A stretch of DNA of 64,000 nt from Acholeplasmataceae bacterium (GTDB taxonomy: Bacteria > Bacillota_I > Bacilli_A > Acholeplasmatales > Acholeplasmataceae): assembly GCA_963667565.1 (NCBI GenBank), contig OY763415.1:160001-224000 (forward strand), written 5' to 3'. The notes beneath the pieces were generated by a model. It was not told where the DNA came from. It made no database searches and worked only from the letters and a program-made list of their open reading frames with translations. The position numbers and the translations under genes are program-made. Below are positions 30,573 through 41,465 of the stretch, one piece after another (the first letter of the stretch is position 1; each line of letters begins with the position of its first letter).

Positions 30573-31817
30573 TTATTTCTTAGGTACTCTAATTTTCTTA
30601 AGTTGAGCAAATCTTGGAAGACCATCTTCAAGTTTAGCTTTTTCATCACCTTGAATCAGTGGAAGTGCATAATCAATAAATTCTTGAGTAAGTCCTTGAC
30701 CATGAGGTTTAATCCATTCAAGTGGCACTTTTTGTTCAGTGTTTGCAGCTTTAGTTAAAGGAATTTTAACATACTTAATTTTATAAGGATTAGATGAAAT
30801 ACGTTTAAATCCAATCATGCGGTCAGTTGTACCAGTAACAGCAGCTTTAACGGCTCTCTTACCAGCTTCAAATGCTTCTTTTACATCAACTTTTGATGCT
30901 AAATGAGCTGCAGATCTTTGGATGAGTGAAAATTCAATAGCACGAACTTTTAAATCGAAATTATTTTTAACAGCATCTGCTAATGCTTGAGCAGCTCCAC
31001 CTAATTGAGCATGACCAAACGCATCAGTTTTTAACTCTCCAAATAATTCTGGTAAATATTTACCATCTTTTGTTTTCACACCTTCAGAAATGGCAACGAT
31101 GGCTTTACCTTTAGTTTCAATGACTTGTTTTAAATCAGCCATGAATTCATCTGTATCAAATGGAACTTCTGGTAAATAAGTTAAGTCAGGACCAGCACCT
31201 TTATAAGATGCAAGTGCTGAAGCAGCAACTAACCAACCAGCGTTTCTACCCATGACTTCAACGATCGTTACTTGAGGGATATCATAAACCATAGCATCAT
31301 GATATAATTCCATAAATGTGGTTGCAACATATTTAGCAGCACTACCATAACCAGGTGAGTGGTCAGTCACATTTAAGTCATTATCAATTGTTTTTGGAAC
31401 ACCCATGACATTGCAATCCCAACCAGCATTTTTAAAATACTTGCTGATCTTATTACATGTATCCATAGAGTCATTACCACCGTTATAGAAGAAATAACGA
31501 ATGTTATATTTTCTAAATACTTCTAGTAAACGCGCATATTCACTATCATCTTTTTTAAGATTTTTTAATTTATAACGTACACTACCAATAGATGATGAAG
31601 GTGTATTCTTTAATCTCAATAATTCTTCTTTATCTTCTTTAGAGATGTCATAGAATTCTTCATTAAGAATACCTCTAATACCATGAACAGCACCGTATAC
31701 ATCAGTTATGTTTTCTTGATTTAATGCTTCAAGAAAAACGCCAGCTGCACTTGCATTGATGACACTTGTAGGTCCACCAGATTGTCCAAGTAAAGCGGCA
31801 CCTTTTAAATTCTTCAT
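30573..31817 (-). CDS. 6-phosphofructokinase, probably pyrophosphate-dependent; on the MINUS strand (track label wrong)
   Basis: Plus strand begins TTATTTCTT (reverse complement AAG AAA TAA) and has CAT at 31815-17; 'GQSGGPTSVIN', 'GGNDS' and 'PKTIDND' carry the Asp/Lys PPi-specificity residues. Confidence 0.9.
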   Translation of the reverse strand: MKNLKGAALLGQSGGPTSVINASAAGVFLEALNQENITDVYGAVHGIRGILNEEFYDISKEDKEELLRLKNTPSSSIGSVRYKLKNLKKDDSEYARLLEVFRKYNIRYFFYNGGNDSMDTCNKISKYFKNAGWDCNVMGVPKTIDNDLNVTDHSPGYGSAAKYVATTFMELYHDAMVYDIPQVTIVEVMGRNAGWLVAASALASYKGAGPDLTYLPEVPFDTDEFMADLKQVIETKGKAIVAISEGVKTKDGKYLPELFGELKTDAFGHAQLGGAAQALADAVKNNFDLKVRAIEFSLIQRSAAHLASKVDVKEAFEAGKRAVKAAVTGTTDRMIGFKRISSNPYKIKYVKIPLTKAANTEQKVPLEWIKPHGQGLTQEFIDYALPLIQGDEKAKLEDGLPRFAQLKKIRVPKK

Positions 31818-31988
31818 ATAAAATACCACCAGTTCTTTTTTCTTTTATTTTACCATAAACGATGCAAAATCAAAGATAAAATCGTTTTCATTATTTAATG
31901 AAAAATTATGGTAACTTTAAACAACACCAGTTTTTTTATGTTATAATATCTTTGATGTAGCAAAATCTTTTAAGAGGAGATGTCACAC

Positions 31989-32939
31989 ATGAAAATAGCA
32001 GTATTAACTTCAGGCGGAGATGCACCAGGTATGAACGCTGCAATTCGTGCAGTTGTGAGAACAGGTGAAATCTACGGACATGAAGTTGTCGGCGTAAAAG
32101 ATGGCTATAAAGGATTAGTGGATGGTGACTTTTTAAAACTTAATCATCAAAGCGTTTCAGGGATGTTAAGTCGAGGTGGAACTTTTTTAGGCACTTCAAG
32201 ATTACCTGAATTTAAAGATGAAAAAGTAAGACAAATCGCGATTAAAAATATGAAAGAAAACGGTATTGATGCCTTAATTGCTATCGGTGGTGATGGTACA
32301 TATCACGGTGCGATGGAATTAGCAAAAGAAGGTATTAAAACGATTGGTTTACCAGGAACCATTGATAATGATATTGCAGGTACTGATTTTACAATTGGAT
32401 TTGCAACTGCTGTTGAAACAATCGTTGATGCTATTGATAAATTAAGAGATACTTCAAATTCTCATCAAAGAGTGAGTATTATCGAAGTGATGGGACGTAG
32501 AAGTGGTGATTTAGCAGTGTATGCCGGTATCTGTGGTGGTGCAGAGTTTATCATTACACCTGAAAATCCAATGGATAAAGACCTCATGGTTGAAACCATT
32601 AAGAAATATAAACATGAAGGAAGAAGACATGCAGTCGTTGTTGTGACTGAAAAATTATTAGATGTCCATCAACTTGCTGATGAAATCTCAAATTTATCAG
32701 GCTTTTCATCAAGAGCAACTGTATTAGGATATATTCAAAGAGGCGGTTCACCATGTCCTGATGATCGTATTTTAGGATCTCGTATGGGTACATATGCTGT
32801 TGAACTCTTAAATGATGATATTCATGGTGTTTGTGTGGGTATTAGAGATTCAAGAATGAATCACCTACCTTTTGCTAATGTTGTTGATCAACATAGACCA
32901 AAAAGTGAATTATATAGTTTAGTTAAAAAAGTTTCTTAA
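31989..32939 (+). CDS. pfkA: ATP-dependent 6-phosphofructokinase (start 31989 fits RBS; 31980 possible)
   Basis: 'VLTSGGDAPGMNAAIR', 'GGDG', 'PGTIDND', 'EVMGR'; about 316 aa. Confidence 0.96.
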   Translation: MKIAVLTSGGDAPGMNAAIRAVVRTGEIYGHEVVGVKDGYKGLVDGDFLKLNHQSVSGMLSRGGTFLGTSRLPEFKDEKVRQIAIKNMKENGIDALIAIGGDGTYHGAMELAKEGIKTIGLPGTIDNDIAGTDFTIGFATAVETIVDAIDKLRDTSNSHQRVSIIEVMGRRSGDLAVYAGICGGAEFIITPENPMDKDLMVETIKKYKHEGRRHAVVVVTEKLLDVHQLADEISNLSGFSSRATVLGYIQRGGSPCPDDRILGSRMGTYAVELLNDDIHGVCVGIRDSRMNHLPFANVVDQHRPKSELYSLVKKVS

Positions 32940-32975
32940 TAAGAAATTTAAAATATAAAAATACACAAGGGAGAA

Positions 32976-35606
32976 ATGACAATGACCAAGTATGTTTATT
33001 TGTTTAAAGAAGGTAATGCTACCATGCGTAATCTTCTCGGCGGTAAAGGTGCAAACTTAGCCGAAATGACATCTTTGGGAATGCCAGTACCTCAAGGCTT
33101 TACAGTGACAACTGAAGCATGTAATGCTTACTATGACAACGGGAAAGTCATAGCTAAGCAAATCATTGATCAAATCAATGACGCGCTTTTACAAACTGAA
33201 AAAGTTGTAGGTAAGAAGTTTGGCGATCCAAATGATCCATTTTTAGTATCTGTTCGTTCAGGTGCACGTGCATCCATGCCAGGTATGATGGATACCATCT
33301 TAAATTTAGGACTTAATGATGAGGCAGTTGTAGGACTTGCTAAATTAACAAACAATCCTAGATTTGCTTACGATTCATATCGTAGATTTATGCAAATGTT
33401 TTCTGATGTCGTTATGGACATCGATAAAGAAAACTTTGAGGCTTTATTATCAAAAATGAAAAAAGCTAAAGGTGTTCAACAAGACACAGACTTAAACGCA
33501 GAAGACATGAAAGCTTTAGTTTCCGAATATAAGGCGAAATATTTAGAACTTAAAGGTGAACCTTTCCCACAAGATCCTAAAGAACAATTAATTGAAGCTA
33601 TCACTGCTGTATTTAGATCATGGGATAACCCAAGAGCAAATACTTATCGTAGATTAAATAGCATTCCTTACGAATGGGGAACTGCAGTTAACGTTCAATC
33701 TATGGTATTTGGTAATATGGGTGATGATTCAGGTACTGGGGTTGCATTTACACGTAATCCATCTACTGGTGAACATGAATTATATGGTGAATACTTATTT
33801 AATGCACAAGGTGAAGACGTTGTAGCTGGTATTCGTACACCAAAACCTATTTCAGAATTAAAAAATGATAATCCTGCATTATATGAAGAATTCCAAAGAA
33901 TTGCATCTAAATTAGAAGAACACTATAGAGATATGCAAGATATGGAATTTACCATTGAACGCGGTAAATTATTTATGCTTCAAACAAGAAATGGTAAACG
34001 TACTGCACAAGCAGCTTTAAAAATCGCAATCGATTTAGTTAAAGAAGGCGTTCTATCTAAAAAAGAAGCTTTATTAAAGGTTGAACCTCAACAATTAGAT
34101 TCATTATTACATCCTCAATTTAATCCTGATGCTTTAGCTAAAGCTAAACTCATTACTACAGGTTTAAATGCATCACCTGGTGCAGCAACTGGTAGAGTTG
34201 TGTTTACTGCTGATCGTGCTAAAGAATTAAAAGAAAAAGATGGACTTCCTGTTGTCTTAGTTCGTGAAGAAACTTCACCAGAAGATATCGAAGGTATGGT
34301 TGTTTCATCTGGTATTTTAACTGCTCGTGGTGGTATGACATCACATGCAGCTGTTGTTGCTCGTGGTATGGGTACTTGCTGTGTTGCAGGTGCTGGACAA
34401 GTTCACGTTTATGAAGAAGAAGGTTTCTTTGAAGTAGGCGGAGAAAAATATCATGAAGGTGATTGGATTTCACTTGATGGTTCGACTGGTAAAGTTTATG
34501 GCCAAAAAGTTGAAACTAAAGATGCAACTGTTTCAGGTGATTTTGAGACATTAATGGCATGGGCTGACGAACATCGTTCACTTGATGTAAGAGCGAATGC
34601 TGATAATCCAAGAGATGCTAAAGTTGCTTATAACTATGGTGCTCATGGTATTGGTTTATGTCGTACTGAACATATGTTCTTTGAAGAAGGTAGAATTTCA
34701 GCAGTGAGAGAAATGATTGCTGCTAAAAATCAAGAAGAACGTAAAAAAGCATTAGAAAAAATTCTTCCAATGCAAAAATCAGATTTCATTGAGTTATATA
34801 AGGAAATGAAAGGCTATCCAGTAACCATTCGTTACTTAGATCCACCACTTCATGAATTCTTACCAACAGAACAAGATGATATCGTTGCCCTTGCAAAAGA
34901 TATGGGAATTCCTACAAATGAATTAACTGCAACCATTATTGAATTACATGAAAGTAATCCAATGTTAGGTCATCGTGGTGTTCGTTTAAGTATTACATAC
35001 CCAGAAATTGCAGAAATGCAAACAAGAGCTGTCATTGAAGCTGCTATTGAAGTGAATAAAGAAGGTATGAATGTTGTACCTGAAATCATGATTCCACTTG
35101 TTGGTGATGTTAAAGAATTGAAATACATTAAAGAAGTAGTCGTTAAAACTGCAGATGAAGTTATTAAAGCATCTGGCGCAAATCTTGTTTATCATGTAGG
35201 TACTATGATTGAAATTCCTAGAGCTGCATTATTGGCAGACGAAATTGCTAAAGAAGCAGAATTCTTCAGTTTTGGTACTAATGACTTAACTCAAATGACA
35301 TTTGGCTTTAGCCGTGATGATGCTGGAAAATTTTTAGCTGATTACTATCAAAAGAAGATATTTGAAAATGATCCATTTGCACATATCGACCAAAAAGGTG
35401 TTGGTCAATTAATGAAAATGGCTTCTAAGTTAGGTAAAGAAACAAGACCTGATATTAAATTAGGTATTTGTGGTGAACATGGTGGAGATCCTCAATCTGT
35501 GGAATTCTGTCATAATATTGGCTTATCTTACGTTTCATGTTCTCCATTTAGAGTTCCTATCGCAAGACTTGCAGCTGCTCACGCAAACATTAAAAATCCA
35601 AGATAA
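32976..35606 (+). CDS. ppdK: Pyruvate, phosphate dikinase
   Basis: 'LLGGKGANLAEM', phospho-His 'GGMTSHAAVVARG', 'GIGLCRTEHMF', 'SFGTNDLTQ', 'GICGEHGG'. Confidence 0.98.
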   Translation: MTMTKYVYLFKEGNATMRNLLGGKGANLAEMTSLGMPVPQGFTVTTEACNAYYDNGKVIAKQIIDQINDALLQTEKVVGKKFGDPNDPFLVSVRSGARASMPGMMDTILNLGLNDEAVVGLAKLTNNPRFAYDSYRRFMQMFSDVVMDIDKENFEALLSKMKKAKGVQQDTDLNAEDMKALVSEYKAKYLELKGEPFPQDPKEQLIEAITAVFRSWDNPRANTYRRLNSIPYEWGTAVNVQSMVFGNMGDDSGTGVAFTRNPSTGEHELYGEYLFNAQGEDVVAGIRTPKPISELKNDNPALYEEFQRIASKLEEHYRDMQDMEFTIERGKLFMLQTRNGKRTAQAALKIAIDLVKEGVLSKKEALLKVEPQQLDSLLHPQFNPDALAKAKLITTGLNASPGAATGRVVFTADRAKELKEKDGLPVVLVREETSPEDIEGMVVSSGILTARGGMTSHAAVVARGMGTCCVAGAGQVHVYEEEGFFEVGGEKYHEGDWISLDGSTGKVYGQKVETKDATVSGDFETLMAWADEHRSLDVRANADNPRDAKVAYNYGAHGIGLCRTEHMFFEEGRISAVREMIAAKNQEERKKALEKILPMQKSDFIELYKEMKGYPVTIRYLDPPLHEFLPTEQDDIVALAKDMGIPTNELTATIIELHESNPMLGHRGVRLSITYPEIAEMQTRAVIEAAIEVNKEGMNVVPEIMIPLVGDVKELKYIKEVVVKTADEVIKASGANLVYHVGTMIEIPRAALLADEIAKEAEFFSFGTNDLTQMTFGFSRDDAGKFLADYYQKKIFENDPFAHIDQKGVGQLMKMASKLGKETRPDIKLGICGEHGGDPQSVEFCHNIGLSYVSCSPFRVPIARLAAAHANIKNPR

Positions 35607-35611
35607 ATGAT

Positions 35612-35644
35612 AAAGACCTATGATGACCTCATAGGTCTTTTTTT
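35612..35644 (+). terminator. Intrinsic terminator after ppdK
   Basis: AAAGACCTATGA-tgacc-TCATAGGTCTTT TTTT. Confidence 0.9.
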
Positions 35645-35731
35645 ATAAAAAAGAAATTATTTAAATTATGTCCTTTGAATTATGTAAATTTCATGTAAAA
35701 TAGAAATGGTACAAAATGAAGGAGGACGAGC

Positions 35732-37438
35732 ATGCCTATTTTACTATTTGCAGATTATTCTGAGAATTTTATGAACTTAGTTGGGGGACTCGCGTTATTT
35801 TTATTTGGTATTAATTTAATGAGTGATTCATTAAAATTAGCCGCTGGTAACAAACTTAAAATGATTATTGAAAAATCAACAAATACACCTTTAAAAGGTA
35901 TTTTTGTTGGTGTTTTATTAACGATGTTGATTCAATCATCTTCAGGAACAACTGCACTTATGATTGGTTTGGTTAGATCTGGACTTATGACTTTACCACA
36001 ATCTGTGGGAATTATTATGGGAGCAAACATTGGGACAACCGTGACTGCTTTCATCATTGCATTACCAATTGCTAAATATGGTTTATACATGTTATTTATC
36101 GGTGTGATTATGTTTTTCTTTAAAAACAAACGTGTTAAACACTTTGGTGGCGTCTTAATTGGACTTGGAATGTTATTCTTTGGATTAGAGACAATGAGTG
36201 CTGGTTTAAAGCCACTGGCTTCAACAGAAACCGCACATCAAATGTTTAATGTGTTTTCTCAAAATTGGTTTTTAGGCTCAATCTTTGGTACATTATTTAC
36301 AATGCTTATTCAATCTTCATCAGCATCCATTGGGGTTTTACAATACTTATATGGTCTTAATGCTCAAGGTATAGAATCAATTACTTTAAATGGCGCAATT
36401 CCTATTTTATTAGGAGCTAACGTCGGAACAACCATTACAGCATTACTTGCATCAATTGGTGGTAACACAGAAAGTAAACGAGCTGCATTCATTCATATTT
36501 TATTTAATTTACTTTCAATGATTGTTTTCCTCATTATATTAGTACCATATGAACATTTAGTTCAATGGATTGAAGATAAATATTTAGCACCATTCTCTAA
36601 GTGGACCATTGCACTTGCACATGCATTCCAAAACATCACGATGACTTTCTTATTGTATTGGTTTATCCATCCAATGATTAAAGCAGCGAAGTTCTTTGTT
36701 AAAGATAACGAAAAGAAATTTATCACTGATGATATGTTTGATGAGAAGTTGATTGGAGAATCACCATTGCTCGCATTAGAGTTTGTTCAAAAAACAGTAC
36801 TTTATATGGGATCAGTTGTTAAAGATTACGTAGATATCGTTTTAGATTATTCACATCAAGAAAAACAAAATCTTGTTCAAGAAGGTTATGTTCATGAAAA
36901 TATCTTAGATACGTATAATACAAAACTTCATGACTATTTAATTAAAATTTCTCAAGCAGGATTAGATGAAGTCAATTCAGCAAAACTTTCAAGAGACTTA
37001 GATACCATTAAAGATTTTGAACGTATTGGAGATCATTTAACTAATATTCTTGATTTCTTTGTTGAAAGATATGAAGAAAATCAACAAGTGAGTGAAGAAG
37101 GTAGAAAAGAACTAGATCATTTATTTAAAGTCATTCATCAAATGCTAGATGATACATTATATAGTTTTGAAAATCAAGATGTTTCAAAAGCTAAAGAAGT
37201 GATTAAAAACGAAGATTTAGTGGATGAATTAGAAGAAACATATCGATTTAAACATATTGAAAGATTGAAACAAGGTGAAGTGAAGTATAGCAATGCTGAA
37301 AACTTTGTAGATATCCTTGCTAATTTAGAAAGAATTGCTGATCATTTAATGAACATTGCGAGTTCAGTGATTGAGCCACTTTATGTGCCTCAAGATGTCA
37401 TGATTCCTAAACCTAAAGAAATCGATAAAGATATATAA
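35732..37438 (+). CDS. Na+/Pi cotransporter with C-terminal PhoU-like domains
   Basis: Two 'QSSS' and 'GAN(I/V)GTT' repeats; two 'ERI(G/A)DH' PhoU motifs. Confidence 0.94.
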   Translation: MPILLFADYSENFMNLVGGLALFLFGINLMSDSLKLAAGNKLKMIIEKSTNTPLKGIFVGVLLTMLIQSSSGTTALMIGLVRSGLMTLPQSVGIIMGANIGTTVTAFIIALPIAKYGLYMLFIGVIMFFFKNKRVKHFGGVLIGLGMLFFGLETMSAGLKPLASTETAHQMFNVFSQNWFLGSIFGTLFTMLIQSSSASIGVLQYLYGLNAQGIESITLNGAIPILLGANVGTTITALLASIGGNTESKRAAFIHILFNLLSMIVFLIILVPYEHLVQWIEDKYLAPFSKWTIALAHAFQNITMTFLLYWFIHPMIKAAKFFVKDNEKKFITDDMFDEKLIGESPLLALEFVQKTVLYMGSVVKDYVDIVLDYSHQEKQNLVQEGYVHENILDTYNTKLHDYLIKISQAGLDEVNSAKLSRDLDTIKDFERIGDHLTNILDFFVERYEENQQVSEEGRKELDHLFKVIHQMLDDTLYSFENQDVSKAKEVIKNEDLVDELEETYRFKHIERLKQGEVKYSNAENFVDILANLERIADHLMNIASSVIEPLYVPQDVMIPKPKEIDKDI

Positions 37439-37442
37439 TCTT

Positions 37443-37479
37443 AAAAAGTCTTGCAGATGTTTTCTGTAAGACTTTTTTT
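37443..37479 (+). terminator. Intrinsic terminator
   Basis: AAAAAGTCTTGCAGA-tgttt-TCTGTAAGACTTTTTTT. Confidence 0.85.
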
Positions 37480-37560
37480 GTTATGGTTCAACATCTAAAC
37501 TTTCATCCTTATTCTATGTTATAATGCATGTAGATACGACTGATAAAGAAGGTATAAGTT

Positions 37561-39513
37561 ATGTTTGAATTAAAAGCGCCTTATGTGCCTAGAGGGGATC
37601 AAATTAAGGCGATTGAAACATTAAAAGAAAATATAAAAAAAGGGCATAAAGAACAAGTCTTGTTAGGTGCTACAGGTACAGGTAAAACTTTTACCATGGC
37701 TAATGTGATTCAGACATTGCAAAAAAAGACTTTAATACTTGCACCTAATAAAACACTAGCTGGTCAATTGTATGGTGAGTTAAAAGCTTTTTTTCCAAGT
37801 AATCGTGTCGAATATTTTATTTCATACTATGATTATTATCAACCCGAAGCTTATGTTGTTTCAACTGATACATATATAGAAAAAGATTCATCAATTAATG
37901 ATGAGATTGATGAAATGAGACACAGTGCGACAGCTGCTTTACTAGAGTCTGATGATGTCATTGTTGTTGCATCCGTTTCTTGTATATATGGGATTGGGGA
38001 TCCAGATGATTATAAAAACTCAATGATGTTTTTAAGAGTTGGCCATGAGTATGGTAGAGATCAAATGATCAATAAACTTGTTGAGTTAACATATCAAAGA
38101 AATGATATGGATTTTCATAGAGGAACCTTTAGAGTTAGAGGCGACATTGTAGAAGTCATTCCTGCATATGAAAGAGCTAAAGGGATTAGAGTCTCTTTTT
38201 TCGGTGATGAAATTGAAGAGATTAAAACATTTGATGTCTTAACTGGTCAAGCGTATGAGTCCCTTGATTATATCACGATATTTCCAGCAACACATTTTAT
38301 GACAAACAAAGAAAAACTTGATGAAACCATTAGAAGAATTCACAATGAATTACAAGATCAAATACTTTATTTTAAATCAAATCAAATGTTATTAGAAGCA
38401 CAGAGAATTGAACAAAGAACAAAATACGATATTGAAATGCTTCAAGAAATCGGTATGTGTAGTGGTATTGAAAACTATTCTCGTCATTTATCACTTCGTG
38501 AAGCAGGAGAAACGCCAGCAACACTCATCGATTTTTTTGGTGATGATTTCTTACTTATTATTGATGAATCACATGTTACAATTCCACAAGTTAGAGGGAT
38601 GTATGCAGGTGATAGATCAAGAAAAACAACACTTGTTAATCATGGGTTTAGGTTGCCATCTGCACTAGATAATAGACCATTACAATTTGATGAATTTGAG
38701 CATAAGCTTGATAAAGTAATCTATTTATCGGCAACACCAGGCGATTATGAGAAAAATAAAGGAATACCCATTGTTGAACAAATCATCCGTCCAACATATT
38801 TATTAGATCCAGTGATTGAAATTAGAAAAACACTTGGGCAAATCGATGATCTTTACTTTGAAATTAAAGACAGAGTCTCTAAAAATGAAAGAGTGCTTGT
38901 GACAACTCTTACCATTAGAATGAGTGAAGACTTAACGAAGTATTTTAAGGAACTTGGATTAAAAGTAGCTTATTTACACAGTGAAATTAAAGCGCTTGAA
39001 CGTATTCGTATTTTAAGAGATCTAAGACTTGGTAAATATGATTGCTTGATCGGTATTAATTTACTTAGAGAAGGACTTGATTTACCAGAAGTCAGTTTGG
39101 TTGCGATTCTAGATGCCGATAAACAAGGATTTTTAAGATCTGAAAGATCACTCATTCAAACGATTGGTCGAGCTGCCAGAAATCAAAACGGAAAAGTTAT
39201 CATGTATGCTGATAGCACTTCGCAAGCGATGCAATTTGCAATAGATGAAACTGCAAGAAGAAGAGCATTACAGCTTAAATTTAATGAAGATAATCAAGTA
39301 GAACCAGTTACAGTTCAAAAAGATATTAGAGAGCAAATCTCAATGAAACAAGAAGTGATTGAAGAAGAAAAAACTTATGAAAAAATGTCAAAACAAGATG
39401 TTAAGGATACGATTAAACGTCTAGAAAAACAAATGAATGAGGCTGCTAAAGAACTAGACTTTGAAAAAGCAGCAGAGATTAGAGATTTAATTTTTGAACT
39501 CCGTTCACAGTGA
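37561..39513 (+). CDS. uvrB: Excinuclease ABC subunit B
   Basis: '[12 protein letters not shown]', '[14 protein letters not shown]', 'IDESHVT', '[13 protein letters not shown]', UVR coiled coil. Confidence 0.98.
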   Translation: MFELKAPYVPRGDQIKAIETLKENIKKGHKEQVLLGATGTGKTFTMANVIQTLQKKTLILAPNKTLAGQLYGELKAFFPSNRVEYFISYYDYYQPEAYVVSTDTYIEKDSSINDEIDEMRHSATAALLESDDVIVVASVSCIYGIGDPDDYKNSMMFLRVGHEYGRDQMINKLVELTYQRNDMDFHRGTFRVRGDIVEVIPAYERAKGIRVSFFGDEIEEIKTFDVLTGQAYESLDYITIFPATHFMTNKEKLDETIRRIHNELQDQILYFKSNQMLLEAQRIEQRTKYDIEMLQEIGMCSGIENYSRHLSLREAGETPATLIDFFGDDFLLIIDESHVTIPQVRGMYAGDRSRKTTLVNHGFRLPSALDNRPLQFDEFEHKLDKVIYLSATPGDYEKNKGIPIVEQIIRPTYLLDPVIEIRKTLGQIDDLYFEIKDRVSKNERVLVTTLTIRMSEDLTKYFKELGLKVAYLHSEIKALERIRILRDLRLGKYDCLIGINLLREGLDLPEVSLVAILDADKQGFLRSERSLIQTIGRAARNQNGKVIMYADSTSQAMQFAIDETARRRALQLKFNEDNQVEPVTVQKDIREQISMKQEVIEEEKTYEKMSKQDVKDTIKRLEKQMNEAAKELDFEKAAEIRDLIFELRSQ

Positions 39514-39520
39514 GGTTAAC

Positions 39521-40138
39521 ATGCATAAAGAGCTTATTGTGTTAAAAGCAGTGATTGCTGCTGATTATAAAAGACACGTTAAAAAATTTTCTAAATATGA
39601 AGAGGGAAAAGAAATAGCCATCATTGGTGACTCTATGGTTGGATATTTTCCAATGAAAAAACTCAAAATGGAAGACAAATACTATAATTTAGGTATCCCT
39701 GGTGATACAACACAAGGTGTACTTGATCGTATTGAGCAATTAATAAGATTAAAACCTAAAAAAGTGTTTGTCCATATAGGACTCAATGATTTTATGCTCA
39801 CAGAATTAGAGACAGATGACATTTATGCTAATATCATGAATATTTGCCAAATCATTGAAGATCAAGTTAAGGATGTTGATATACATATTATTAATATGAC
39901 ACCTATTAACATCTCAAGATTTTCTCATCATTTATTTACAAGATATCGAAAACTAGATGATACAGATCTTCTTAATGTAAAACTTTTAGAACAAAAGCGA
40001 TATAAAGTAATTGATTTATATAAACTGCTTGTTGATGAACATAAAGAATTAACCTATGAACTTACAAGAGATGGCATACATTTAAATGAAGATGGCTATA
40101 AAATATATTTAAAAGCAATAGAAACACCTTTCAATTAA
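39521..40138 (+). CDS. SGNH/GDSL hydrolase; start moved to ATG 39521
   Basis: Blocks 'GDS', 'GIPGDTT', 'IGLND', 'DGIH'; RBS GAGG. Confidence 0.88.
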   Translation: MHKELIVLKAVIAADYKRHVKKFSKYEEGKEIAIIGDSMVGYFPMKKLKMEDKYYNLGIPGDTTQGVLDRIEQLIRLKPKKVFVHIGLNDFMLTELETDDIYANIMNICQIIEDQVKDVDIHIINMTPINISRFSHHLFTRYRKLDDTDLLNVKLLEQKRYKVIDLYKLLVDEHKELTYELTRDGIHLNEDGYKIYLKAIETPFN

Positions 40139-40159
40139 GGTGTTTTTATTTTATAATAA
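40125..40159 (+). repeat. 35-bp direct repeat, copy 1 (terminator hairpin + TATAAT)
   Basis: CACCTTTCAATTAAGGTGTTTTTATTTTATAATAA; 34/35 identical to 41466-41500. Confidence 0.9.
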
Positions 40160-40186
40160 ATGTAAAGAAACACATTGGAGGAAACT

Positions 40187-41449
40187 ATGAATAACCCTAT
40201 CATTGTTTTAGGTGGTATTGCATTATCACATGTTTATATTCATGATAATGGTTTTCTAAAAAACAATTTACAACGGGTGTCTGACAAATTAAATGAAGAT
40301 CATCGATTTATTTGGGATTTTGATGTAAATTCAAGACCTTATATTGAAAAGTTTTCGCGTTCAAAAAGTTCATATGAAAAAATTACTTTTAGAGAAATTA
40401 TTGCGTCAGCAAAAATCAAATCGACGTATATAGAAGAACAAAATAAGAGTAAAGAAGAAGAGACCTTTTTAAAACATACTGAAATATATTTTTATAAAAA
40501 TGGAAATGTTGTGATTTTAACTAAATATCCATTTAATGCAACTTTTAGATCTATAGAACAATATGAAGATAGTGTCAAACAAATTCATTTGGATTATAAA
40601 TTATATATTAAAGAAATTTTTTATCAATCAATCATTAAATATGTAGAAGCATTTAAAACAATTAATCACCCTAGTATCATTATACTAAGTGAACCTCTTG
40701 ATAAAGGTATCAAAGAAAAAGTATTACGTTTTTCAATAATGAATCATTTTATCAATGATGATTATCAAAATCTAATTTATAAAGATATGTTTAAAGATTG
40801 TGAGTATTTACCAAATAATCAAGAAATTATTTTAGATGATTTATATATTAGATTGGGATGGACGCATTCCTTATTTATCAGTCAAAATATTGATTTTTCA
40901 AGAGATGAAAACATCGATTTATATAGTATGTACTTACGTACAATTCTTGCTAATTGGTCAGCACTCGAGAGTTTACGATATCATGTAAGTAGGCTAGAAT
41001 CTTTTTATTACACTAAGATAGAAACAAAAGAGATTTCATATAAAGAAATCATAAAAAGACGAGAAGAATTTAAAGAATTTATCTTAAAAATCGAAGATAC
41101 TTTTATCACTATCGATAGTTATCAGGCGACAAACCATCCGATTGCTAAACATGTTTTGTCCATGTATCAAAAAGTTTTCGAGGAAAAACAAGCAGCTAAA
41201 AGAGTGAAAAAACAAATTGCATCACTATCTAATAAAATTGATTTCATGTATCAAAAACAAAAGAGTGATTTAGATCAATCCATGAATATCACTTTGTTTG
41301 CGATTGCGTTACTATCTGTGATAAATGCTGCTGATTTAGTGTATCAAATTATATTTCAGTATGATGTGTTTCCTAGTATATTTATTAGCGCAATTTCATT
41401 TGTATCCTTGCTATTTATTTTATTCTTCGCCTTTAGACATAAAAAATAA
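40187..41449 (+). CDS. Hypothetical protein with long helical stalk and two C-terminal TM helices (CorA-like layout, no GMN motif)
   Basis: RBS GGAGG before ATG 40187; coiled-coil-like region then two hydrophobic segments and a basic tail. Confidence 0.6.
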   Translation: MNNPIIVLGGIALSHVYIHDNGFLKNNLQRVSDKLNEDHRFIWDFDVNSRPYIEKFSRSKSSYEKITFREIIASAKIKSTYIEEQNKSKEEETFLKHTEIYFYKNGNVVILTKYPFNATFRSIEQYEDSVKQIHLDYKLYIKEIFYQSIIKYVEAFKTINHPSIIILSEPLDKGIKEKVLRFSIMNHFINDDYQNLIYKDMFKDCEYLPNNQEIILDDLYIRLGWTHSLFISQNIDFSRDENIDLYSMYLRTILANWSALESLRYHVSRLESFYYTKIETKEISYKEIIKRREEFKEFILKIEDTFITIDSYQATNHPIAKHVLSMYQKVFEEKQAAKRVKKQIASLSNKIDFMYQKQKSDLDQSMNITLFAIALLSVINAADLVYQIIFQYDVFPSIFISAISFVSLLFILFFAFRHKK

Positions 41450-41465
41450 GTTAAATTTATCAAGG

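Noticed and set aside
30573..31829. ORF track strand '+' for the PFK
   Set aside because: The listed protein is only obtained from the reverse complement; a minus-strand terminator lies at 30536-30567.
37485..37500. Possible LexA box upstream of uvrB
   Set aside because: No GAAC-N4-GTTC match; GTTCAACATCTAAAC is not convincing.
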